Shown here: positions 20,497 through 30,035 of the stretch, piece after piece
How the letters are laid out: each line of letters opens with the position of its first letter
Position numbering within the stretch: position 1 is the stretch's first letter
IMG/VR virus record: IMGVR_UViG_3300036985_010228
Location: 1 to 64,000 of that record
DNA: 64,000 bases
Source: a virus
Strand: one strand, 5' to 3'
Notes under the pieces: generated by a model
The model's input: the letters and a program-made list of their open reading frames with translations, nothing else
Told to the model about the DNA's origin: nothing
Databases searched by the model: none
Program-made: the position numbers and the translations under genes

Positions 20497-21681
20497 ATGA
20501 TTATCTGCTACACAGGCGAGACGCCCCCGGACTCGTTCGAGAGTTCAATCTTCCTGGCCGGACCGTCCCCCAGGAGCGAGACCGACCCGAACTGGCGGCC
20601 CGAGGCCCTGGAGTGGTTGGAAGATCTCGGCTTCGAGGGCGTCGTCTTCGCCCCAATCTACCGGGGCAAGCCCACCGTCCCCTTCGACTACGACAAGCAG
20701 GTCGAGTGGGAGAGGAAGTGGCTCAACGCCTCCGACCTGATCGTGTTCTGGATCCCCCGCGACCTGAAGAAGCTCCCCGGCTTCACGACGAACGTGGAGT
20801 ACGGAATGTGGCTGCGGTCGGGGAAGGTTCTTCTCGGGAGCCCTGAGGGGACCGAGAAAATGCAGTACCTGGAGTGGTGGGCGGACCAGGAGGGTGTCCC
20901 TGGCTACAACGACCTGTACACGCTCCTCGAAGACGCGGTGGAGAAGCTCGGGGCTGGGGCGACCCGGTCGGGCGGCGAGCGTGAGGTGCCGCTCCACCTG
21001 TGGTCGAAGCCCGAGTTCCAGACCTGGCTCTCCCTTCAGAAGGCCCAGGGGAATCGTCTCGACGGGGCTCAGGTCGTCTGGACCTTCAGGGTCGGCAAGA
21101 ACAAGGAGACGACGTTCCTGTGGGCGCTCCACGTTGACGTGTGGATCGCGTCCGAGAAGCGGTCCAAGACGAATGAGGTCGTCCTCTTCCGCCCCGACAT
21201 TTCCTCAATCGTCGTCTACTGCCGCCCCCCCGATCGAGCGGGTTGGGACTGGCTGCTCGACACGGAGATCGTCCTGGTGGAGGAGTTCCGGTCGCCCGTG
21301 GCAAACAACCTGGGCATGGTCCGCGAGGTGCCGGGCGGTTCTTCCACGAAGCCAGGTATCGACCCTGGCACCCTCGCCGCGAAGGAACTGGAAGAGGAGA
21401 CGGGCCTCGCGATCTCCGAGGACCGCTTCAAGTTCGTCGGGTGGAGGCAGGTCGCCTCGACGCTCTCGGCTCACCGGGCACACGTCTACGCCGTCGAACT
21501 GACGCCCGAGGAAATGCTCGCGCTCCGGTGGGACGACCAGGCTCACGGGAACCACGACGAGACGGAGTACACGTTCACCCGTGTCCTGACGGTCGTGGAC
21601 CTGCTGGGGGACCAGTCAATGGACTGGGCCAATCTGGGAATGCTCCTTCAGGCGCTTTTGACAGCCCCGGACAACCTCTGA
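20497..21681 (+). CDS. Nucleoside 2-deoxyribosyltransferase-like domain fused to NUDIX hydrolase
   Basis: N-terminal SIFLAGP...NWR...QVEWE...SDLIVFWIPR...TTNVEYG (NDT-like); C-terminal Nudix box PGGSSTKPGIDPGTLAAKELEEETGL. Start reassigned to the ATG at 20497. Confidence 0.85.
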   Translation: MIICYTGETPPDSFESSIFLAGPSPRSETDPNWRPEALEWLEDLGFEGVVFAPIYRGKPTVPFDYDKQVEWERKWLNASDLIVFWIPRDLKKLPGFTTNVEYGMWLRSGKVLLGSPEGTEKMQYLEWWADQEGVPGYNDLYTLLEDAVEKLGAGATRSGGEREVPLHLWSKPEFQTWLSLQKAQGNRLDGAQVVWTFRVGKNKETTFLWALHVDVWIASEKRSKTNEVVLFRPDISSIVVYCRPPDRAGWDWLLDTEIVLVEEFRSPVANNLGMVREVPGGSSTKPGIDPGTLAAKELEEETGLAISEDRFKFVGWRQVASTLSAHRAHVYAVELTPEEMLALRWDDQAHGNHDETEYTFTRVLTVVDLLGDQSMDWANLGMLLQALLTAPDNL

Positions 21682-21699
21682 GGGGCGTAAGAAGCCTCG

Positions 21700-23322
21700 A
21701 TGACCCAGGCAACGCCACCCCCCGACCCGACGCTTGCCGCAACGGTCTACGAGAAGCTGAAAGGGATCCGAGCCAAGAAGGACCTGACGGCTCGTCCAAC
21801 CAAGCACCTCCGTCAGACCTTCACGGCTCTCGACGGAACCGACCGACCTCTCAAGCTCCGCTACTACCAGGTCCAGGGGGTCATGCACCTCCTCGCCATG
21901 AAGCGGTTCCTGCTCGGTGACGACACAGGGCTCGGCAAGACCCTGGAGAGCATTGCAGCCCTCTGCTACCTGTGGGAGCGAGCGCCCAATCTCAAGGTGA
22001 TCATTCTCACCACCAAGTCCGCCCTGGAGCAGTGGCGGAGTGAGTTCTCGAACTTCACGACCGGGGTGCAGGTCTTCGTCTCCAGGGGAACGCCTGCGCA
22101 GCGTCGCAGAGCCCGCAGTGAGTACGAGAGCGCCACCGGACCTGCCGTGCTCGTCATGGGCTACCGGTCTGCGGTCCAGGACTTCTCCGACATTCAGGAC
22201 TGGTCCGGCTACGTCTTCATTACCGACGAGGCGACTGCGTACAAGAACAACACCACCCAGGTCCACCAGGTCTGCCGCCACCTCGCGTCGAAGGCGGACC
22301 GGACGTGGGCGCTCACTGCCACCCTGATCAAGAACAGCCTGATCGAGGGTTGGGGTATCTATCAGGTCGTCGCGCCGGGGCTGTTCGGGAACAAGAACAA
22401 CTTCCTCAACGAGTACTGCATTACCCGTATGCAGACGCTCCCCGGCAGCCGCCGACAGGTGCCAATCATTGTCGGCTACCGAGAGCGGGACGTGGTGGCG
22501 TTCAGGGACAAGATCGACCCGTTCTTCCTGGGCCGACCGAAGTTCGAGGTCGCCTCTGAGCTACCGCCGCTCGTGACGAGGCACGTCAAGTGCTCACTCA
22601 CGAAGTTCCAGCAGGAGAAGTACGCTGAGGCGCTCGCGGGCCTCCTCGAAGTCGGCAAGGACGACCAGGTCGAGGAGAAGGAGGTCACGAAGCTCACCGC
22701 CGTGACCTACTGCCAGCAGATCGTGAACCACCCCGAGTTGATCGGGTGTGAGGGCGACTCGGACAAGCTCGACACCCTCCTCGACCTGCTGACCGACGGG
22801 GAACTCGCCGAGGAGAAGGTGATCGTCTTCACGCGGTTCCGGAAAATGGTGGACCTCATGCTCCCGGTCCTCGCGAAGGCCGGGGTCCATGCAACCCGTA
22901 TCACGGGCGCAGAGGACGAGAGGGACCGCAAGAAAGCCCAGGACGCCTTCCAAGACCCGAACTCGAAGATCCGGGTGGTGTGTATCACGACCGCTGCGTC
23001 GGAGGCGATCAATCTCCAGGCCGCCAAGGCGATTATCTTCTATGACACCCCCTGGTCGGCGGGGGACTACCTTCAGCTTCTTGGGCGTATGATCCGAATC
23101 GGCAGCACCCACGACCGCTGCTACGCCCTGCACCTCGTAGCAGAAGGCACAATCGACGACCGGGTGACGAAGGTCATGGGGACGAAAATGGGGCTCGTCG
23201 AGAAGGTGCTGGGGAAGCGTATCAAGGGAGAGGCGGACACTGACGTGGTGGTATCTGTCGAGAATGACCTGTCCGACCTGTTCAACGCCCTCGTCCAGGA
23301 CGCGAAGAAGGGCCGCCCTTGA
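21700..23322 (+). CDS. SNF2-family (SF2) helicase/ATPase
   Basis: LRYYQ, GDDTGLGKT, ITDEAT, LTATLIKN, KVIVFTRF, SEAINLQAA and QLLGRMIRIG. Confidence 0.9.
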   Translation: MTQATPPPDPTLAATVYEKLKGIRAKKDLTARPTKHLRQTFTALDGTDRPLKLRYYQVQGVMHLLAMKRFLLGDDTGLGKTLESIAALCYLWERAPNLKVIILTTKSALEQWRSEFSNFTTGVQVFVSRGTPAQRRRARSEYESATGPAVLVMGYRSAVQDFSDIQDWSGYVFITDEATAYKNNTTQVHQVCRHLASKADRTWALTATLIKNSLIEGWGIYQVVAPGLFGNKNNFLNEYCITRMQTLPGSRRQVPIIVGYRERDVVAFRDKIDPFFLGRPKFEVASELPPLVTRHVKCSLTKFQQEKYAEALAGLLEVGKDDQVEEKEVTKLTAVTYCQQIVNHPELIGCEGDSDKLDTLLDLLTDGELAEEKVIVFTRFRKMVDLMLPVLAKAGVHATRITGAEDERDRKKAQDAFQDPNSKIRVVCITTAASEAINLQAAKAIIFYDTPWSAGDYLQLLGRMIRIGSTHDRCYALHLVAEGTIDDRVTKVMGTKMGLVEKVLGKRIKGEADTDVVVSVENDLSDLFNALVQDAKKGRP

Positions 23323-24146
23323 CCTCCGAGGCCGAGGTCAAAGTCTGCCCGCGTTGCTACGGGCGAGGCGCAATCGACCTGGTGGAGACGCACTACGGCG
23401 TCCCCATGACGCGCCCGTGCGAGTGTGTGCTTGCACGGGACACCCTCAAGAACCTCAATCGTGCCTGGCGTGGTCTGTCAGACGCCCCACGGATTGCAGG
23501 CTCCCCGCTGGTTGAGCACACCAATCAGTGCGCGTATATCACCGCCTCGACTGACACCTTCAGGGCTCACCTCCGCCATGTGGGCCTCAAGCAGGGTCGG
23601 AACTGGTCCTTCTGCGTTGCTTCGGACGCGGAGCTTATCACTGCCTGGCTCGGCTCAGTCGGTCTGTCGGGGAAGGAGATCCTCGACCCGGACGCGGCGA
23701 GTGTCTCCATGGAGAAGCTCACCCTCGTGGACCTCGTGGACCCCCCAGACCTCCTGATCATTCGACTCGGCGTGAAGTCGGCGCGGAACGTCGCAATGCC
23801 GGAGGTGTTCCTCGAAGCGATCTCCCACCGGGAGCACGTCAGGAAGCCCACCTGGGTTGTCGATCAGCCCATGCAGCAGTTCAACCCCAACCACCTGTGC
23901 TACTCGGAAAGCGCGGCGGAGATCCTCTCCCAGTGGGGTCACTTCCCGCTCGACGGGGACCTGCCTGAGCAGCCCGTCAGCATTGTCGAGGTCGGGTTTG
24001 CCGGTGCTGACGATCAACCTGTCTCCAGTGGGCTGACACTCTCCGGGGCGGGTCATGCCTCGAACTCAGGAGCACGTCGAGTGGAGCGACCCACTGCACC
24101 TGAGAAGCCTCGCAAACGCAGCAAGTTCAAGCGAGACGACTCATGA
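23319..24146 (+). CDS. DnaC/IstB-like helicase-loader-related protein, ATPase motifs degenerate
   Basis: N-terminal CPRC...PCEC zinc site, DLLIIRLG in the Walker-B position, and ISHREHVRKPTW. Directly upstream of and overlapping the DnaB-like gene; no intact Walker A seen. Confidence 0.5.
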   Translation: MTSEAEVKVCPRCYGRGAIDLVETHYGVPMTRPCECVLARDTLKNLNRAWRGLSDAPRIAGSPLVEHTNQCAYITASTDTFRAHLRHVGLKQGRNWSFCVASDAELITAWLGSVGLSGKEILDPDAASVSMEKLTLVDLVDPPDLLIIRLGVKSARNVAMPEVFLEAISHREHVRKPTWVVDQPMQQFNPNHLCYSESAAEILSQWGHFPLDGDLPEQPVSIVEVGFAGADDQPVSSGLTLSGAGHASNSGARRVERPTAPEKPRKRSKFKRDDS

Positions 24147-25687
24147 AGTTCCTGATCCGCTCCACGTTCATTTCGGCCCAATCGGACGACAAGGACCTCA
24201 CGTTCCGCAACTTCCTGCTCTTCGACGACTCGGGGCTGGGGTTCGACGTTCCAGAGGACGTGACGCTCTGGGACTTCATTCGAGGGTTCTCCCGGACACA
24301 CAACCACTCCCCCGACGTTCGGACTATCCGGTCACACTTCGAGGCGCTCCGCCAGCCAGAGCCGGTGGACCGGCTGGAAATGATCCTGGGGCTGAAGCCG
24401 CTCTACAAGGGCGACTTCATAAAGCGCCTCGAAGAGCGCGCCGAGGACCGGCGTGTCCGCCTCACGAACGACCTTCTGCGTGAGGCTGCGCAGATCGTAC
24501 AGACGGGCGTCGAGTTCAAGGAGGGCAAGATCTCGAAGCTCCTCCGTGGCCCGGTGGACGCGATCCGATACCTGATCAACAGGTCCCACGACATTGTCAC
24601 CCCCACCAGCAGCGCCCGCCTCTCGGGCGAAGTGATCGGGGACGGCGAGGACTTCAAGATCGAGTACGACCGGGTGGAGAGCGACCCCATGGCTGGCGTC
24701 GGCCAGTTCACCGGGATCCGCCAACTCGACGAGGCGCTTCGGGGCGCGAAGAAGTACGAGCTTTGGACCCACGCTGCGTTCACGGGCGGGCTCAAGAGCA
24801 CACTCATGTTGAACTGGGCCTACAACCAAGCTGTCTACATGAGGTACGACTCGTGCGTGTTCTCGCTGGAAATGCCGTACAACCAGTGCCGCCGGATCAT
24901 TTACTCCATGCACGGCCTGCACGGCAAGTTCAAGGACATACGAATCAAGCTCGGCATTCAGAAGGAGTCTGGCCCCACCGTGGGGCTGAACTACGACAGA
25001 ATGCGGGACGGGGAAATGACCCCGGCGGAGAAGACGTTCCTCTACAGCCATGTGATCCCCGACTTCGAGTCTGGGGGCTACGGCAAGATCCACATTGAGG
25101 TCGCCGACCCCGACAAGGACGACTTCACCGTCCTCGACCTCAAGTCGAAGGCCGAACTGATCTACTCGAAGTCCCCCTTCTCGCTCCTGTTCGTGGACCA
25201 CGCTGGGCTCATGGCCCCGAGGAAGTGGTCCCAGAGCACGACCGAGCGACTCAACGAGGTGATCCGCGACCTGAAGCGCCTCGCAATGAACTTCAATCGC
25301 GGCGCAGGGATCGCGGTGGTCGCCCTCTTCCAGATCAGCCGCGAGGGCTTCAAGGCCGCTGAGAAGATTGCAGAGAAGTCGAACGGCACCTTCGGCACTG
25401 GCCCCTACAACCTGACCCACCTGAGCTACGCGAACGAGTGCGAGCGAAGCAGCGACGTGGTGACGGCCTCGTTCGTCAATGACGATCTTCGGTCGAATAA
25501 CCGGGTTCTCTTCCAATGCCTCAAGACAAGGGACAGAGCACCCTTCCAGAACTTCTACTCGCGGGTCGAGTGGGACTGTCGCCGTATCTTGACCTCCGAC
25601 GAGGTCCCCCTCATGACAGGGAAGACCAGCAACGCCTCACCTGACAAGGTGCAGGACGCCCTGAACGAAATCATTGGAGAAATCTAG
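24143..25687 (+). CDS. DnaB-like replicative helicase
   Basis: TGIRQLDEALRG, variant Walker A AFTGGLKST, FSLEM, LFVDHAGLM, VALFQISR, ECERSSDVV and LKTRD. Confidence 0.85.
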   Translation: MKFLIRSTFISAQSDDKDLTFRNFLLFDDSGLGFDVPEDVTLWDFIRGFSRTHNHSPDVRTIRSHFEALRQPEPVDRLEMILGLKPLYKGDFIKRLEERAEDRRVRLTNDLLREAAQIVQTGVEFKEGKISKLLRGPVDAIRYLINRSHDIVTPTSSARLSGEVIGDGEDFKIEYDRVESDPMAGVGQFTGIRQLDEALRGAKKYELWTHAAFTGGLKSTLMLNWAYNQAVYMRYDSCVFSLEMPYNQCRRIIYSMHGLHGKFKDIRIKLGIQKESGPTVGLNYDRMRDGEMTPAEKTFLYSHVIPDFESGGYGKIHIEVADPDKDDFTVLDLKSKAELIYSKSPFSLLFVDHAGLMAPRKWSQSTTERLNEVIRDLKRLAMNFNRGAGIAVVALFQISREGFKAAEKIAEKSNGTFGTGPYNLTHLSYANECERSSDVVTASFVNDDLRSNNRVLFQCLKTRDRAPFQNFYSRVEWDCRRILTSDEVPLMTGKTSNASPDKVQDALNEIIGEI

Positions 25688-25690
25688 GAC

Positions 25691-26044
25691 ATGAGCCACA
25701 GACAACCGAGGTGGATCTCGTATGACACCTGGGCGTGCTTCAGGCATATCCCAGCGGCCAAGATCCCCGCCACGGCAGCAACTTGCTGGTACTGCGTGGA
25801 CGAGCGCCCACTGCCTGAGTTCCGGCCACCTCCCCCGGAGAGGGCCTACGGCCAACCCCGTGACCAGATCATGCCGGTCATGAGCGGGGAGACTTGCGCG
25901 TGGGAGGGGTGCAAGAACCCGACTACCATGCAGAGCAAGTACTGCTCGCGGAAGTGCTCGAACAACAACGCGAGGGCTCGTGCCGCTGCCCGCAAGGAGC
26001 AGGCACCCGACCAGGCTGCGCCAGCGGGGGAACCTGCTGAGTGA
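25691..26044 (+). CDS. Small Cys-rich zinc-binding protein
   Basis: CFRH...CWYC and CAWEGC...KYCSRKC motifs. Confidence 0.65.
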   Translation: MSHRQPRWISYDTWACFRHIPAAKIPATAATCWYCVDERPLPEFRPPPPERAYGQPRDQIMPVMSGETCAWEGCKNPTTMQSKYCSRKCSNNNARARAAARKEQAPDQAAPAGEPAE

Positions 26045-26625
26045 GTCGGTCGAAGGACAGGGCGGACCGAATCAAGGCTGAGATCCCCCTCCTGGAGGTC
26101 TTGGCCTCCTACGGGTACGCCGTTCACCCTGGTGGGGGTGACAGGGAGCAGCAGTTCTCCTGTGACCTTCACGGCGACGGCACTGACTCAAAGCCGTCGG
26201 CACGAGCCTACCCGGACACGAACCAGTGGTACTGCTTCGCGTGCGCGACCAGCCGCGACGCAATCCAGACCGTCCGTGAGAAGGAGGGCCTCGACTTCAG
26301 GTCCGCCTGCGACCTGCTGGAGAGGAAGTTCGGTCTGCCCCCGCTCCCCTGGGATCCAGAGGAGGACGAGGCTGGACACCTCGACCTGGAGTCGGTGCTG
26401 TCGGTCCCAATCCCGACGGCTTCTGACGCACAGGCGAGGGTTGCGACCCTCCTTCGTGCCATGACCAGGGAACGGTCCCTGCCTCTGACAGAGACCCTCC
26501 GGCTGTGGGAGGAGCATGACAAGCTCGCCACCTACCTGGAGAAGGGCTCCGAGGGGCTCCTCGACGAGTTCACTGGGTTGCGTGACCGTCTGATCCGGAC
26601 CCTCAGGTCTACCAGTGCCGCGTGA
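26041..26625 (+). CDS. CHC2 zinc-finger protein (DnaG primase zinc-binding domain without Toprim domain)
   Basis: IKAEIPLLEVL...SCDLHGDGTDSKPS...WYCFAC...DAIQTVREKEGLDFRSACDLL is the DnaG zinc-binding-domain pattern. Confidence 0.8.
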   Translation: MSRSKDRADRIKAEIPLLEVLASYGYAVHPGGGDREQQFSCDLHGDGTDSKPSARAYPDTNQWYCFACATSRDAIQTVREKEGLDFRSACDLLERKFGLPPLPWDPEEDEAGHLDLESVLSVPIPTASDAQARVATLLRAMTRERSLPLTETLRLWEEHDKLATYLEKGSEGLLDEFTGLRDRLIRTLRSTSAA

Positions 26626-27050
26626 ACGGACTCGCCGTCACCAGAATCCCAGACCTCTCCTGGGGTGAACCAAAGGTCTGCCGGGCCGTCGGCAACGACC
26701 GTGACCCCTGGGGCGTGCTCGTAGTCCTCAAGGAGACGCCCTGGGAGGCGCTCGTTCCGCTCGTCCCGTCGAGGGTCTTCGACCAGGCTCTGAGGGGGCA
26801 CGCCACGCCACTCATGCGAGTGGTGGGGCCTCCGCCCTCTGCCTTGGCGAGGCGGCTTCCGGTCCTCTACGCGCAGTGCCGGGAGCGGGAGCATTGCGTC
26901 AATGCCTCCCCAGCCTGCGTTCCGGGGGAGAAAATGCCTGACTGCTGGGAGGGCGACGGAATCAAGCCAGAAGCGGTGGGGGTAGCGTCACAGGTCGCTC
27001 GTCTGTGGCGCGAAGGAATGCTGGTCATAGTCGTCGTCCCAGAGGAGTAA
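26622..27050 (+). CDS. Hypothetical protein with Cys cluster
   Basis: 142 aa, 4-bp overlap with the upstream gene, lies within the replication operon. Confidence 0.6.
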   Translation: MNGLAVTRIPDLSWGEPKVCRAVGNDRDPWGVLVVLKETPWEALVPLVPSRVFDQALRGHATPLMRVVGPPPSALARRLPVLYAQCREREHCVNASPACVPGEKMPDCWEGDGIKPEAVGVASQVARLWREGMLVIVVVPEE

Positions 27051-27057
27051 GAGGGTC

Positions 27058-29727
27058 ATGGCCAACGGTATCTTCGAGTTCATGGAGGACATGGCCACCT
27101 TGAAGGTGGAGCTTCACAAGTGGATGACCGACGGGTCACACCACTTCGTTCTAGGGACGACCGAGAACCTCCCGTCAATCATTGACGAGTGCGTCGCTTC
27201 CGGCCTGTACTCCCTCGACCTCGAAACGACGGGCCTCGACAACCGGGTCTTCGACGGTGAGACAGTCGCCAAGATCGTCGGCTGCTGCCTCTCAGCCGAC
27301 GGCGTCACCGGCTACTACATTCCGCTCCGGCACAAGGTCGGAATGGAGCACAACGTCCCGTGGAGCCTCTTCAAGCGGGAGCTTCTCCGGCTGATCAACT
27401 CGCCTGCGAGGGCGATCTTCCACCACGGGAAGTTCGACCAGGAGTTCCTTCAGTTCTGCGGTGGTGAGCCTCTCGGCGAGTGGGACGACCCAAGGAAGTG
27501 GGAGGACACGCTGATCTGCGCGTACCTCCGGGACACCCGGCAGAAGCGGATCGGGTTGAAGCCCCTGGCCGAGACAGAACTCGGCATGACCATGATCGAG
27601 CTACCCGAGCTTTTCCCCGAGGACAAGCGCAAGAACGGGCTCGACTTCTCGGAGTTGGACCCGACGTGGCTGCCTGTTCGGATCTACGGGGCGAGCGACG
27701 CGATCTGCACCTGGAAGCTCTTCCCGAAGCTCTCAGCAGCGATCCTCCAGCCCGAGGACGGGAACGGCAACCAGTCGCTGATCTACTCGATCGAGAAGCT
27801 CTGCGTGACGGCGACCCGGTGGATGGAACGCGCCCGCATTCTCACCGACCAGGACAAGGCGAAGGAACTGATCCGGATCGGCCAGAGGGAGTGGCTTGCC
27901 TCGATCGAGGAGGTCTACAAGTCGGCCTCCGAGATCGTCGGGCGGGACGTGCGGCCCGGCTACTACCGGCTCATGGCAGGCCAGATCGAGGGGCACGCTG
28001 CCTTTGACCCTGAGGAGGTCTCTCCCTCGTACATGGACCGTGTGGACTCTCTCCGCCGGGAGTCCGACAAGCTCAAGCTCGACCCGGTGGAGCTTGACGG
28101 CAAGAAGGTCAGTGTCAAGACCGTCTCCAAGCGGGTATCCCACCTCATAGACAAGGGGATCACCGAGGAGGTTGACTTCCCCGTCGTCTATGACCTTCTC
28201 AGCCCACAGCAGTTGGGGTCACTCCTCCGGGAGTGCAAGATCCCAGGGCTCACGGTGACCGAGAAGTCCGGTCAGGTCTCGACCGCGAAGGACGAGCTAG
28301 ACCGAGTGCTTGAAGAGCAGGGGGCCAAGTACCCCTTCGCTGGGAAGATCAAGCGGTTCCGCGAGGTCGGTAAGGCGCTCTCGACGTACCTGCTGCCGAT
28401 CATTGAGGACTGTGCCCCTGACGGGACCCTGCGGGCTGACTTCAACGCCCACAAGATCGACACGGGCCGGTTCAACGCCCAGGGGAGCAAGACCCCGAAG
28501 CTCGACGGGGGCACCCGGTTCCCGTTCCACGGGACGCCCGCCACCTACGACCCGACGCGGCCTGAGTGTCTGGCTCGAATCCGTGAGTGTCTGATCTCCC
28601 GCCCCGGCAAGAAGTTCGTCTCGATCGACTTCTCCGGCGTCGAGCTTCGGATCGTGACGAACCTCTCGAAGGAGCCCCGGTGGCTGCGGGAGTTCTTCCA
28701 CTGCTCGGGCTGCGACCATATGTTCCCCAGCGGGGACGGGGAGAACACGCCAGAGCCTCCGCCACCGTTCTGCCCGGTGTGTGGGTCTGACAAGATCGGC
28801 GACCTGCACACGCTCACCGCCCTCTCAATCTACGGGGACGACGCGATCAAGCGCCCCGACTGGAAGATGCTCCGAGGGAACGGCAAGAGCACCAACTTCG
28901 CGCTCTGCTACGGCGGCGGCGGCAACGCCGTGGACGCCTCCACTGGCTGTGGCAAGCAGGAGGGCTGGCGGATCAAGGAGAAGTTCGACAAGTCCTACCG
29001 GGGTCTGGCCGCATGGTGGCAGTACCAGCACTCCTACGCCCGGAAGTGGAAGTACGTCGTCACCGCTCTCGGGCGGCGGTATCCGCTCCCCGACATTGAC
29101 AGCGAGCTTGGTGGCTTCCGCTCGAAGGCCGAGCGCAACGCGACCAACGGGCCGATCCAGGGCACGAGCGCCGACATAACCAAGCTCGCCATGGGTCTGA
29201 TCTACAAGGAGTGCAAGAAGCGGGGGTGGCTCGACAAGGTCCACCTCCTGATCACCATGCACGACGAGCTTGACTTCGAGATCGACGACGACATTCTCGC
29301 CGAGGCGATCGAGTCATTCGTCGTGATCATGAACCGGAACCCGGCGCTCCTCCGGCTCAAGTGGCCAGTGCCGCTCACGTCCGACGTGGAGATTGGCCTC
29401 AACTGGATGGTCCCCTGGGGACTCAACAAGATCCGCAAGTCCGGCAAGTGGCCCGCCGAACTCCAGGGGCTGTTCCCCGACGCCGGGGTGAAGCCGCCGG
29501 AGGGTGACACCCCCGCCGAGAAGCCGAAGACCAAGAAGTCGGAGGTCGTCCGGACCTACAAGGTCAATGCCTTCTCGACCTCCGAGATCGAGAGCTTGGC
29601 CGCGCTCCTCACGGCAGGGGCGTCTGCGAGCCCGGCAGAACTGAAGGTCGTCGGACCGGAGGACGAGGACCTGACGGCGGTGCTCATGACCGCTTGGGGC
29701 AGGCCCCTCCCGGAGGTCGAGTCGTGA
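27058..29727 (+). CDS. polA: DNA polymerase family A with 3'-5' exonuclease domain
   Basis: ExoI LDLETTGL, ExoII HHGKFD, ExoIII YGASDA; DTGRF; motif A DFSGVELRI, motif B RGNGKSTNFALCYG, AERNATNGPIQGTSADITK and motif C MHDELDFE. Confidence 0.95.
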   Translation: MANGIFEFMEDMATLKVELHKWMTDGSHHFVLGTTENLPSIIDECVASGLYSLDLETTGLDNRVFDGETVAKIVGCCLSADGVTGYYIPLRHKVGMEHNVPWSLFKRELLRLINSPARAIFHHGKFDQEFLQFCGGEPLGEWDDPRKWEDTLICAYLRDTRQKRIGLKPLAETELGMTMIELPELFPEDKRKNGLDFSELDPTWLPVRIYGASDAICTWKLFPKLSAAILQPEDGNGNQSLIYSIEKLCVTATRWMERARILTDQDKAKELIRIGQREWLASIEEVYKSASEIVGRDVRPGYYRLMAGQIEGHAAFDPEEVSPSYMDRVDSLRRESDKLKLDPVELDGKKVSVKTVSKRVSHLIDKGITEEVDFPVVYDLLSPQQLGSLLRECKIPGLTVTEKSGQVSTAKDELDRVLEEQGAKYPFAGKIKRFREVGKALSTYLLPIIEDCAPDGTLRADFNAHKIDTGRFNAQGSKTPKLDGGTRFPFHGTPATYDPTRPECLARIRECLISRPGKKFVSIDFSGVELRIVTNLSKEPRWLREFFHCSGCDHMFPSGDGENTPEPPPPFCPVCGSDKIGDLHTLTALSIYGDDAIKRPDWKMLRGNGKSTNFALCYGGGGNAVDASTGCGKQEGWRIKEKFDKSYRGLAAWWQYQHSYARKWKYVVTALGRRYPLPDIDSELGGFRSKAERNATNGPIQGTSADITKLAMGLIYKECKKRGWLDKVHLLITMHDELDFEIDDDILAEAIESFVVIMNRNPALLRLKWPVPLTSDVEIGLNWMVPWGLNKIRKSGKWPAELQGLFPDAGVKPPEGDTPAEKPKTKKSEVVRTYKVNAFSTSEIESLAALLTAGASASPAELKVVGPEDEDLTAVLMTAWGRPLPEVES

Positions 29728-30035
29728 GCACCCTCGAAGAGCGGGTCGAGAAGCTGGAGTCCGACCTGAAGGTGGTCGCCCAGGTAGTGGCGTCTGTCAC
29801 TGACGACACGCTCAGGGTGTGCCTCGTGCTCCAGGAGCTATCGACCGGCGGGTATCTGCCCGACCTTCCGTGGGAACTCGGGACGGCTCTCGTGGACCTC
29901 CAGTACGCGAAGCGCCCTGGGGCGAAGGAGGTCGGCGGCAAGCCGGTCGAGCTTCGGGTCGCAGAGCTAGAGCTTCAGGTTCAGACTCTTCGGGAGGCGT
30001 TCCGGAGGAGAGCAGATGACCAACAGATTGGATAG
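29724..30035 (+). CDS. Small coiled-coil protein
   Basis: GTG start overlapping the polA stop; LEERVEKLE and LRVAELE heptads. Confidence 0.55.
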   Translation: MSTLEERVEKLESDLKVVAQVVASVTDDTLRVCLVLQELSTGGYLPDLPWELGTALVDLQYAKRPGAKEVGGKPVELRVAELELQVQTLREAFRRRADDQQIG

